Positions 1 to 11,297 of a stretch of DNA of 64,000 nucleotides are shown one piece after another; the stretch's first letter is position 1, and every line of letters starts with the position of its first letter. The DNA comes from Chlorokybus atmophyticus. Its lineage: Eukaryota; Plantae; Mesostigma and Chlorokybus algae. Location: the NCBI GenBank assembly GCA_009103225.1, contig RHPI01000277.1:82652-146651 (forward strand). Direction: 5' to 3'. Both the position numbers and the translations under genes were made by a program. A model generated the notes under the pieces. That model was not told where the DNA came from, did not search any database, and was given only the letters and a program-made list of their open reading frames with translations.

Positions 1-1445
1 GACGTCCTCGACCCGTCTACAAGTTGGCGGTTTCCCACACCCTTCACTCTGCAAAGAGGGTACCAGGGTGGTCATTCCGAACAAGTCAGCAGCCTTGATT
101 GACAACTTTACAGGCAAGACGTGACAACCCACCAGCAAGAATATGCTGTCGCGTGAACGTGATCACAAGGTAGTGGTCCCGCAGTGTTGTTGAGCAAAAC
201 CAGCAGGTCAGCTGGTAGCACTCCTTGGTCCAATCAGGCACGTCCTGTTGATGTTGGTCAGGCATATATACATACAGCAAGAAAGAATTCATTGCACTAC
301 TGACATGGTACTTCAATTGTGGGCGATAGATGCTTGTCCGCGAGGACAAACACACGCAAGCCACATGTCTTCCTGTTCACAAGTACACTGCTAGCACAGC
401 AATTGTAACATGATGCGCAATATGGACTAGATGGTGTGCCACAGCCAGCTCTTACCGGACCATCTGTTGCCGCTGCGTCTGCATAACAGCGTGTGCATGT
501 CCATCCACCCACGCATGCTGCATCACCTGCAGGCACCATGCTTATCCAGGCACGGCAACAGCAACTGTCATGCACTGACATGAGTCATGGTTTGTAAAAA
601 CGTCATCACTTTGGCAAACCGTTATGCATGGCAGCCATTCACGCCAGTCTCGATACATGCGCGGTTGTGCAACAACTGGTACAGGCTGGAACAGGTGGAT
701 ATGGTATGACCCTGCGTGCACAAGTGTCAGCCGTCATTGTCACCTGGACGTCATGAACAAGCATACCACGTGAGCCTGGCTGGTGTACATGTGCAAGCGT
801 GAGCTTTGGCCTGCGCAGGCCTAAGATTATTTGCCTGTAATAAAACCGCCAGGTTAATCACACACTCGTACTTCTCACATGCAGTTTGAGGCCAACCCGG
901 CACAATGCGAGGGACTTTTGCCCATACGACAAGCTTTTCCAGGACTGACCAGCGCATTGTACCTGAACCCTGAGCAGAGAGCGTGCACTGAGCTCAGCGA
1001 GCAGTGAATAAGAAAATCTTGCTGTCTTGCAGAGCCAAACACAAGTGCACTCACCTACAAAGGTGCACACATGCGCAGGTGGACACGCGCATGCGCACTG
1101 CACGCATCATGCACATACATGCACACAGCCTGCCAAACAATGGTGTTGATCAGGGCAGCAGCAAACAGTAGTTGCAGGCAGAATGAACGGATGGAGGTTT
1201 GGAACTGGCTGCTTGAATTGACTTGACCATTGTCACTGCAAGCCAGTAAGCTGACAGAGTCTGACGACTGTGAGCAATCTTGCGTGTCATTGCCGCCACT
1301 CTGTGTGCTGCGAGTGTGGCGTACCCAACTCCTCAGGACAGTGTCTTCTTTATGACAAGGTGCATGCCCTGCTTCTCATGTACACGCACTGCGCATGCGT
1401 GAAGGTGCATAACACAATGACCACCAGCACGCACGGAGTCCGCCG

Positions 1446-1489
1446 TGCATGTGTTGATGTGGAGTCTAGACTCAACATCAACACATGCA
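1446..1489. repeat. 44-bp near-perfect palindrome (22-bp arms, 1 mismatch, no spacer)
   Basis: tgcatgtgttgatgtggagtct|agactcaacatcaacacatgca; base-by-base check gives 21/22 pairs. Confidence 0.95.
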
Positions 1490-1641
1490 GCCTGATTCTG
1501 GCAGCCATGCAACCGCTGTGGCTGATAAGGAGGAGTGGGCAAAGCTAGCCTTCTCAATCATCACTACCTCAGGCGCGATGAGTGAGATTAGGTAAGTGGT
1601 CCTCAGCTTTGGCACGAATTAGTTGCTTGCCGATAATGAGC

Positions 1642-1686
1642 AGGCTGCCTCAGCCCTACCTGATGAAAGCAGGGCTGAGGCAGCCT
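1642..1686. repeat. Perfect inverted repeat, 16-bp arms, 13-nt spacer
   Basis: aggctgcctcagccct-acctgatgaaagc-agggctgaggcagcct. Confidence 0.95.
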
Positions 1687-2229
1687 TGGTCTCTACAGTT
1701 TAAAAGCCTCGATGGGACATGCCCAATTGTCACTCAGTGCTCCATGCGAGGGTTGTAGCTGCAAACAACTGCTTACAGCATCATATACGAGGTTGGGAGC
1801 ATGCCAATGCTCAGCTCAGCGCACAGTGTAAGTACAGACAGGCTGCAAATCAGTGAGTGAGACAGCGACAAGCTCTTGACGCACCTCACAAGCATGGACA
1901 CATCCACGGCGGCCAACACGACCTCCAGCGCTGGCGCGTAGCTTTCCGCCTGCGCCCGGCAGAGCACCGGGCGTCCCCACCGTTACCCACACGGATAATG
2001 ATGACCGCGTCAACGACATCGCCGCCCACTATGCTATGCTACGCCGCGTTTGGGCATGTTGGCTGCACACACCAGACTCGCACCGTAAGCCTTCTTTAGT
2101 CCATCCTCACACACTTTGTTCAGCTGTGACAGCCTACTGCCCTTTTCTATGCTTTTCTGCCTGCCTAGCTGCTGTGTTAAATCTCTGCGTACCGCGTCTG
2201 CCCCTTTGTTTGAGCTTCACGCGGCCAAA

Positions 2230-2400
2230 ATCATAACGAGATGATCAGTTCGACGTCGCATCATGAGCAGAGGGCAAGTCGCTGTCGCCAGCACTTAACT
2301 CATTGACTAATGAGCCCGTCGCGTCACGTCACCACGCCACGGTCGTCCCCAAGGGCAGTAGGCTAAACCCTAAATCGCAAGCTTCGCTTGCGCGCTGCGG
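2230..2400. promoter_or_regulatory. Putative divergent promoter between kinase relic and array copy 1, with telo-box AAACCCTAA (2365-2373)
   Basis: CpG-rich non-repetitive segment with ACGT cores (gacgtc, tcacgtca) and AAACCCTAA, an established plant promoter element; lies between oppositely oriented gene relics. Confidence 0.35.
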
Positions 2401-5400
2401 CAGTTCGCCACTCACTGCACTGAGAGTGGCGATCTTTCATCTTGGCAACTAGCAGCTGGCTTTTGCCTCACTCTATTGCGCTCACAGCTTGAGACGCAGC
2501 GCTGTTTATGTTTGGAGGTGGTCGAAGGCGGCGGTGGGCAGGGCCACGAGATGGGTGAGGAGCAGCTTAAGATAGTGCTGAGCAGCATGGATAGCCAGCA
2601 TGGGTAGCCAGCTGCATGTTGCTGCTGAGACTTTGTACAACTGTTGGGTCGAGCGGTGCTTTAAGGGCTGTCTGGCAGTTCGGCAGTGAGTCTGCTCCCA
2701 TTCCCTGCGCACAATACAGCACGCCTTGGCAAGCTGCCATGCTCGCTGTGTGTTGGCCAACACACAACGGGCATGGCTTGCGCTTGATTGACGTGGTGTG
2801 AGATGTGAGATATGAGCATGTGATAGTCAGCAGCGCTGTGACTGTGCCGTGTACCTATGTAGTGGTCACTCGGGGGAAACGGGGGGGAGGTGGTNTGGGG
2901 TAAGGTCACCGAGTCAGGTCACCTTGCTGCACTGCCGCACAACCGGCAGCCCACACTGTGTGACACACAGTTGCAACATTCTGAAGGCAGAGTCTACTGT
3001 TTTCCGCTTCCACAGGTACACAGTATTCATGGTGAGGCTGAGCCTAGAGGCCGCGCGCCGCTGCGGCAGCCATATGACCAACCAGCGGATGAAGTGAGCT
3101 TTGCAAAACTGTCGTTGCTTGACAGTGGCTAGCGCAGCGATTACCACTTGAGTGGTGGTATGTGTAGCTGTATTTATAGAGGGCAGCTTTGAAAGCAGCA
3201 AAATGTAGCTCGACGGCAGCTGACTGTAGCACTACTGTGTTGTGTGTGCTAAGGCGTCCAACAAAGCTTCAGTTCTGAGGTGTCCGACGGCAGGCAACTT
3301 GTTGAACTTTGAAAGCTGAAGACTGTGGCTCAGCGGCAGCTAACTGTAGCGCACACCACTGTGGTAGGTGCTGCTGAGGTGGCATACAACACAGCTGTTT
3401 GAAGGTGTGCGACCGCGCTTGCCCAGGGTATGCATTTGGGATTAGCCACTGGTTGCGTGTGGTGGATATACGCAGTGCTTGAGCTCACCAAGCCGGATGA
3501 GTGTTCTTGTTGACAGGTTCTGCATTGCACCTCCAGCTTGCAGTGTCCAACATGGTTGCACGTTTGTTAAATTTCTGTGCAGATGACAGTTGACGCAGGC
3601 TTCAGGCCTTGTGTAGCTTTGTTGTTGATGCTTACATTGGCTAACATCATACAAAACAAATGCTTACGCGCTGTCAACAATGGTGGACACCAAACCTGGT
3701 AGCGCTCTGAAGTTTTGGTGAATCATTCGAGGCCCCTCTTGCACTTCACTCGAATAACAAAACCTTCTGCGACTGGATGGCGCAGACAGAGCGTTTAGGA
3801 AGGCCATTACAGACCATGCGAGGTGACAAGCTGTAGCACATGCATGAGCACAGAAAGCAACACTGCTCATGCTGCATGGTGCTTGCTGATTTGAGTCGCC
3901 TCACACACAGGGAGTCACTGCCGGCTGCTGCTTCCTTCCCCCCGTCCTTCGCATCCGCAGCAGGTCCTCCCACCAGCTTCATGGGAAGCGCTCAAAGTTG
4001 CTTGGCACGGAGGAGTCGATGGGAGGCTGTTCAGCGTTACAACTGTGCGACACTACTGTGGGAACTTTTGAAGATTATATCGCCTGGACCACTTTCCAGG
4101 TGTGCAGGCACTACTACTAGAGGTAGAACTGCTCGTAGTAGCAGTGCACGTTTAACACGCGCACAGACGCACGCACGCACGCACGCACGCGTAATCTCTG
4201 CACCCTCTCCATGTCCGCACACAGTCATAACCCCCCTCCCCCCCCCCTCGCGACAGAAGGGGGGGGGGGNNNNNNNNNNNNNNNNNNNNNNNNNNNNNNN
4301 NNNNNNNNNNNNNNNNNNNNNNNNNNNNNNNNNNNNNNNNNNNNNNNNNNNNNNNNNNNNNNNNNNNNNNNNNNNNNNNNNNNNNNNNNNNNNNNNNNNN
4401 NNNNNNNNNNNNNNNNNNNNNNNNNNNNNNNNNNNNNNNNNNNNNNNNNNNNNNNNNNNNNNNNNNNNNNNNNNNNNNNNNNNNNNNNNNNNNNNGGGGG
4501 GGGGGGTGGGGGGGGGGGGAGATTCTTGTGTGCAAGCGCAGTTTGCACTGCGCTCCTCGCACTTGTGTGGAGCTCAAGTGCGGGGAACGCATTGCACGCC
4601 CTCGGTCCATAGTAATGTAGTAATGCTAGTAGTTGTAGCAGTGGTAGCAGTAGTACTAGTACCCGTACTATTGCTAATAGTGGCGGTACTAGTACTGCCG
4701 CTGCTATAGCTAGTGCTACTAATGATGGACAGCACTCTCGTAATATAAAGCAGTGCTATAGCTGGTAGTACAGCACCCTGTAAGCTTGTGGCTTTGTTCT
4801 CATTGTCGCATTATTTCGTGCAACATCATTGCAGGGGCAACGTCTTTTTCTCTCTCACATGCAACAGGAGGCCCAGCCAACTGCACGGCATGCCGGCACG
4901 GCTTCATCATCCCAAGGTGAAAGATCATGATGACTGAGCAGGCTGCGAGGCGCGTGACATTGCTATGGCCGCCATGACAATGTACAAAAGCTGAATGCAA
5001 CTGTTCCAACATCAGTTACGAGAGAGAGCCGCCTCGCGCAAAGTACGATGAGCACTAGCAGGTTCTGCAAGTGCTGACACTGCTTGTGTCCAGAGTGGCC
5101 GTAGACTTTTGTTGCTCATGCCGGCTCACTTCAGCGTGCGCCAAGAGCACACATGGAATGCGAAGGCATGATCCCAGCCAATACCGCTTTGGCGGTAGCT
5201 GCTTACGCAAAGCCCCTCTAGCCCGTGCACTGCGATGATCGCGTGTTTTCGGTTAAACACAGCTGCGAGGTCTCCACCTGCCAACACCTGCATGACAACA
5301 TGCAGCAACGCGGCGCTGCGTCTATAGTCAGCCCAACCAACAAGGTATGTACTATCTGCCCGAGCCGGACAGGGGTCTCAGCCGTTGATGATTTGCCTTG

Positions 5401-6850
5401 TGGACGTTGCGGCGTGTAGGGATACCTGTTCTGTCACACTTTACCGCTCCTTTGTACCTCACATGCGCGCACGCCTGCAGACGCAAAGTGTGTGTGGATA
5501 GTCGCATCTGGGTGTGTGCACCGTATCTAGCATACGCACACACATACACACGCTGTTCAGGAACAGTTCATCAGGCGCAGCACTGCCGAGGTGAGGTAGT
5601 CCTTAGGCGGCCTGGTTCTGGCAAAGGTAAGCTATTCAACCAGTATATACTAGTAGTTCCAGGACTCACACGCAGTACAGCACTGTACAGCGATTCTTGC
5701 TTGCACACTTACACGGCGTTGTGACAAACGCACTGTCTGTGCAATAAGCGACACATAACCATGGTGTGCTACTGTAGCAGGTGGGCTCCTTCAAGAGTAA
5801 ACAATCGTGATTGCAGTTGGCAACACTACTACCGCGTGACACGACGGCAACAGTCTTGAGCCCAACCTATTGTGTGATCGTGTTGTGTACCAATGCAACA
5901 TATGCCAATGAAAGCTGCCGATAAGTCCAATTGAGGTGCCCACTGACCAGCCGGACGAGGTCCTGCGTATGCATCCGCCAGCGCAGCGCGTCAAACTCAG
6001 ATGTAACGTGTTTTGCGTGCAAAGGCCAGCACAGGACCCGGCCCCACCAACCCCACCACCCAACCCAACCCAACCCGACCCTAACCAGAACATGCACTGC
6101 ACAAGAGCACATGAGCGGTACAAGCCAAGTGCCAGCAGCACTGCGCGCACAGCACTGCAGACGTGAACTGCGAGGGTGCATGCAGCACCGCACTGCAAAC
6201 AGCGACGCAGCAAGCAACAGAAGCGCAGGGAGGCGGAGGGGGAGGAGAGGGCGAGGGAGTCGTCGTCGCTGCTGCTCATGTGCATGTTATTGACACTTAC
6301 AACGACTAACCAAGCCCATGTGGCCAGGTACTGCATGCATGTACTGACTGCTATGGCTAACGGGGTGTTGGTAGAGTAGGTAGTGAAGTTAGCTAGTGAC
6401 CGTAGCCCGGTGGTCTACATGAACGGTGTTGACTGCATGTGGACATGATGCTGGGCCCATTGCATGTGTCGTGCATGTGCATACATGTTGTGCATTTTCT
6501 GTACATCAGCCATCACAGCTTGCAGTAGCCCCGGCAGCACTGCAGCAGCAGACTTTGCTGCAATGCCTCTCAGAGCCAATGCCCGGAAGCCCTGGGTGTA
6601 CAAAAATTGAAGGTGCTAGTGTAGAGGGTGTGGGCGTGGGCGGGGTGGGGTGGGGTGGGGGGTGGGGATGCGTGCATGCGTATCCGCAAGTATTCCCGTG
6701 CTCGTGCGCATGCCCACATGTGAGTAGGTGGATGCCTGCGCGTGCGCACGTGCGTGTGTACAGGGGAAAGGCGCGGCGGCGCGGGGGGGGGGAGGCCGTG
6801 TACACGTGACATGTGCGCGCGCGTGCAGGGCGATGTGTTTGTGGGTAAGG
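2340..6850 (+). pseudogene. Array copy 1 (decayed LRR-like multi-exon gene; internal deletion near 2770-2900)
   Basis: All major landmarks present except the block after the first exon-like segment; stops/frameshifts in all frames. Confidence 0.55.
2747..2766. repeat. Perfect 20-bp palindrome at a deletion junction in copy 1
   Basis: tgtgtgttgg|ccaacacaca; not present in the other copies. Confidence 0.9.
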
Positions 6851-7762
6851 GTTTTATATTCCTTGACTACGAGTAAACCATTACATCCATCTAAACCACA
6901 TAAATCATGTGACATAATGTGTCAGCCGTTGATAGCAAAGTTTCAAGAGCCGCTCGAGGCTCCAGGAGGGTTGGTGCACGAATTCTTAAGCTTCAACTTG
7001 AAAACAACAATCTCAAAACGATACCTTCCCAGACCAGCCTTTGTTGCTATAACGCTTGAAGTTATGATATCCTATGCAATATTCACCTACATAAAACAGG
7101 TACTCAACCTCAATAAGCAACCTATGATATGTAAAACGTATTTGTTGGAAACATTATGCCATTTGTAATGCATTGAGGGATTGATTATATTTAGAGTGTT
7201 GCATGTCAATCACCAAGAGATACGTTGGGCATATTAAATTACTAAGTAATTGGATGATGCTGCTAAAATCTTGGAGGTTTTAGCAACATCTTACTATGCC
7301 CAAGAGATGAAGTTCCAGCGCCCAACCAGTTCTCATGGCCTTGTAATTGTCAATAAACGTGCAAGCAATCAAAAGTGGCGATCGGATAGCTGGCATATTA
7401 GCCGGTTGGGCACCACAATCACGCAAATCAAGGCACATATCAGCAGCTTGGTGTTTAGTTAACGCAACTTTAATATAACGCATTCATTGCCTGCACCGCT
7501 GTAATGCTAGACCTGCTGTAGGCAAAAGCAGTGGCCCACACATTATCTTTGATAAAGAACTATGCCTGCGCACAATACAATTTAAATGTACATACACTAT
7601 GTGCACATGCCCGACATTACGTGCAAATACTTAATCCTCATTATATACACGTACGTGTAATGTGTTCGTTGTAATGTGTACCCATTATCATAAACCAGTC
7701 GATGCTAAATTCAAGTAATCAATCAGATTTATTGACAACTTGGTCATTTCACATAAGGCATA

Positions 7763-8605
7763 CCGTATTTACCCGGTCAGAGCCCCCCCCCCCCCCCCCN
7801 NNNNNNNNNNNNNNNNNNNNNNNNNNNNNNNNNNNNNNGGGGGGGGGGGGGTATTCTATTAAAAGGGGGGGCTTATATTAAATGCAGGGGCCTGTATTCG
7901 GCCGCGGTATTTGGTACAGACAGTACAGTCCACCCTTTTTAAGAGCATACTGTTTATCCTCCGCTATCTTATGCTCTTGGCGAGGTAATTCTATTGACAT
8001 TTCGGGGCATATTATGCTCTTGGGGATCAAAAGCATATTTATGCTATAAGCGCGGTTTCATCAAATCTATCATGCCCATTGCATCACGCCTATCACGTCA
8101 TGCACATCGCGCCATCACGTTCGTCACGCTGATTGCGCGTCACACCTTGCCCATTATGTCAAATTTATCACGCGCATCACGCCTTATGCCACCCCGTCAC
8201 GCGCTGCTCCAACCTTCGAATATCGCTCATTAATACTTGCGAGAATTACATAGAACAAATCTTCGCGGTTAAGCATATTCTCTTAGGCACAAATACTTGC
8301 ATGTATTCCGTTTGGTAATCTCATTTTCTATGCTGTTAGCGAGGTTATTCTCTCGGAGCGAAGTCTCTTAGCGGGGGTAGACTATACCATATGACGGCCG
8401 CCGTACGGTGTTTTAACAGACTTTACGGCGTTTTAGCCTGTTTTATGATGTTTTGGCCGTTTGGAGAGGCCCAGGGCTAGGCGGGTAGGGGGCAAAGGGG
8501 GGTTGTCTACGAAAAGGGGGGGCTGTGCATGTAAACATAGACCCCCTTCAAAAAACCTTTGGGGGTAACCTTAATAAAGAGGAGCTTCAAATCGGATAAA
8601 AACGG
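7763..8605. mobile_element. Non-autonomous Tc1/mariner-pogo-type element (MITE) in the spacer of copy 1
   Basis: TA at 7761-7762 and 8606-8607; termini CCGTATTTACCCG and CGGATAAAAACGG (11/13 inverted match); no transposase ORF; not seen in other spacers. Confidence 0.75.
7926..8384. mobile_element. Second TA-flanked MITE nested inside the first
   Basis: TA at 7924-7925 and 8385-8386; left end CAGTCCACCCTTTTTAAGAG vs reverse complement of right end TAGTCTACCCCCGCTAAGAG (imperfect ~20-bp TIR); internal (A/G)TCACG repeats at ~8085-8205. Confidence 0.65.
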
Positions 8606-8864
8606 TATGTGCAATGCCCCCATGACAATACATCAAGTAGAGTTAAAAGACGTTCACTAAACGCAATCACAACATCAGCTGCACCGATTAGAGACTAGCA
8701 TTTGCACTTGCATGCAAACCTTACACCTTATGACGGTATCCATGTCACCACGAATCTCCCCCCCAAGCTCGCCTACTTCTCAGCCGCACAGCTTCCCGAG
8801 GTACTGTTGAAACCACGCGTTATGTCTGCCTCGCGTTCAGCGTCATGAGATTGTTACTGCTTTA

Positions 8865-11238
8865 CTACCGGCAAAGGTTGGTCGCTTCCAACTTGTTGCT
8901 ATTTTTACGGTACCCCTACAGACTCCCCAAACGGAAAGATACGTCATCTCGCGAGTTTGCGCCTGTGAGTGTGGTGCTGCGGGAGTCAGGCTTGTCGCTG
9001 GCTTGCGTCTGTGGGCCTTGTTGGTGGACGCAAGCAAAGGCGGTCAAAGGCGGCTGGCGAAGGTGGTAGTGCGCATGCTGCAAGTTGGGTGAGCAAGCAG
9101 CTTCAGCTCGTGGACAGGTGGGAGGCGCTGCTTGTGCCAACTGGTCTGCTCCGTCTCAGCTCTGCATGGCTCACGTAGCCTTCTCTTGAAATGGCTGGTG
9201 GTTGTTACAACCCACGGTTGTTTGCATGCTTGTGGCTGACATTCTGACTAATGTTGCCGTGAGTGCATGGGGGGAGCTGTGTGCGACTTTGCCGCCGTCC
9301 TCTCGCGGTTTTCAGCAATACGCCTTAGTACCTGCTAGCATGCTGTATTTCGGCATGCCCTTGACAGCAAGGTCGCAGCACACTAGGCATTTTGTGCCTG
9401 TGTCCAATCCAATGAGAGTGCACTCTTTGAAAAGCGCATTTACTGGTGTTCAATCCACTCCGCTATAAGCTACGCTTACTGCGCCTACCTTGCGTAGCAG
9501 CTGTGCACTGCAACGCAAGGTACTGTACTGCTACCGTTGCAGTGTGCATTGCGGCCATCAAGCTGTCTCGAATATCAATGTGCGTGTGGTGTCGTGCCGT
9601 GCAGTTAACAATTGCGTGCACCACCTGCTCAGGTCAGCAATGACGGGCGCTGCGCCACATCACGCAGCTCTAGGCAGGAGGGGAAAGTGTGTGCCACACT
9701 GTGGGTGAAAGTGTGCATTCGGTGTTCAGTTATGCACAGACGCTAGTTGTACAAAGTGCATGCGTAGGCGCGTCTGGCTGGGTGCTTGCGCGCGCGTGTC
9801 TGTCATTCGGAGGAAAGTCACCTTATCGCACTGGTGCGGCAAAGGAGGTAGCCCACACGTTTGCAACATTGGTAATGATGAAATCAGGTGCAGAACCATC
9901 AGCGCGGACTGACTGTGCTCCACAGGTGCATCGTATATGGGTGGACTATCTGTAGGAGCCGTGCACACGCACATGACCAGCCGGCAGGAGATCAGAGTAA
10001 GTGCTGCTCTCCTCGCTTGACGGTAGCTGCGAGCACTAACGAGGCCGCTATCGCGCAGCAGCGGTGCTATAAGTACCTGACATTGCAGGTGGCAGCTACG
10101 AACGCTTGCAATTATTGTTCTGTAACCAAGCTGGTAGCTCAATAGCAGCTCACTGAAGCAGCACTGCACTGTGTGCTTGCTACAAACACCATGTGTTCAT
10201 GTGTTCATGTGTTTGACGTGTTTGACAACTGTGTCATTGACACTGATGTCTGCAGCACAACAGTGGAAACTGCTGCTGCTATCATACCACACAGCTGTTG
10301 GAAGGTGTGCGATTGAGCTTGCCCCACGGTAGGCACTTGACATCAGCTACTGGTTGCCTCTGGTGAGTAGGAACTGTGCTTGGGCTTGCAAAGCCTCATG
10401 ACTGTTCTGCACTGCAGATGATCTCAACAGCTTGCATTGTCCGTCGCGTGCTCAGTGCAGGTGCCCGCAGGTGACTGTTTGCGCAGGCTTGACGCCTTGT
10501 GTCGCCTTGTTGTTAATGCTTATGCCGTTGGCTAACTATGAACACAACCACTGCTTACTTATTGATCAGGATGGCAGACACCGTACAGGGTAGCTTCGGA
10601 CGTGTACACGGTAAACTTCAGGAGGCCCCTGTCGCTTGCAATTGGCCCAGCTCATTGCCTCTGCAACCGATAAACGGCGCATGTAGAATATTGGGAAAGG
10701 CCAATACGCACCACACGAGGTAGCAAGCTGCTATGTGTTGCATTTGCACAGAACGCAACACATTGCTATAGTACTACTGATTTGGTACTTGGTGCTACAG
10801 TTTGTAAGCTACCAATACCCATACCAGCAATGTTGCAGTAATGGTGCTTGCTGAGTTTAATCGCATTACGTACGCAATGAGAGTCACATTGCAAGCTGCT
10901 ACATCCTTTCTGCAACAAATCCTCTCACAAGCTTCTTGTGCCTGCTACTACTCGTCGCTTGGCATGGAGGATTTGCTGGAGTCTGTTCAGCATCACAATT
11001 GGGCGACACCGTCTCTGGAACGCTCAAAGACAACCTCGCCTTGGCCACCTCGCAGGTGTGCAGGTACTACTACTAGAGTGCGTACACTTATTCTCTCCAC
11101 GCCTCTATGTCCGCACACAGTTATACCCACCCTCCCACCCACCCACCCACCCGCATAGACTGTATGTCGGGCACGCACGCACGTACGGTAGTAAATACAT
11201 GAGAGAGAGCGAGAGAGAGAGCGCGAGAGAGCGCGCGA

Positions 11239-11297
<59 letters not shown>

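Larger units (their letters stand above)
1..2030 (-). pseudogene. Probable Raf-like/TKL protein kinase gene relic (intron-containing, frameshifted; may extend beyond window start)
   Basis: Minus strand ~590-710 reads SSLYQLLHN, then in a shifted frame DWREWL, then RFAKVMTFLQ with an in-frame stop. This matches the SLYxLLH...LDW(R/K)RRL...AKGMxFLH segment (subdomains V-VIa) of Raf-like kinases. Weaker fragment KTC..VLADKHL at ~310-375. GT-AG-like boundaries near 1880, 1840, 1775 and 960. No intact ORF. Confidence 0.4.

Noticed and set aside
1655-1672. CTGATGA followed by AA in a hairpin loop suggested a hammerhead ribozyme
   Set aside because: No stem II between CUGAUGA and GAAA and no three-way junction with NUH; it is a simple hairpin.
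6728-7483. ORFs in the AT-rich spacer of copy 1 (146 aa, 70 aa)
   Set aside because: No recognisable motifs and not conserved in homologous spacers.
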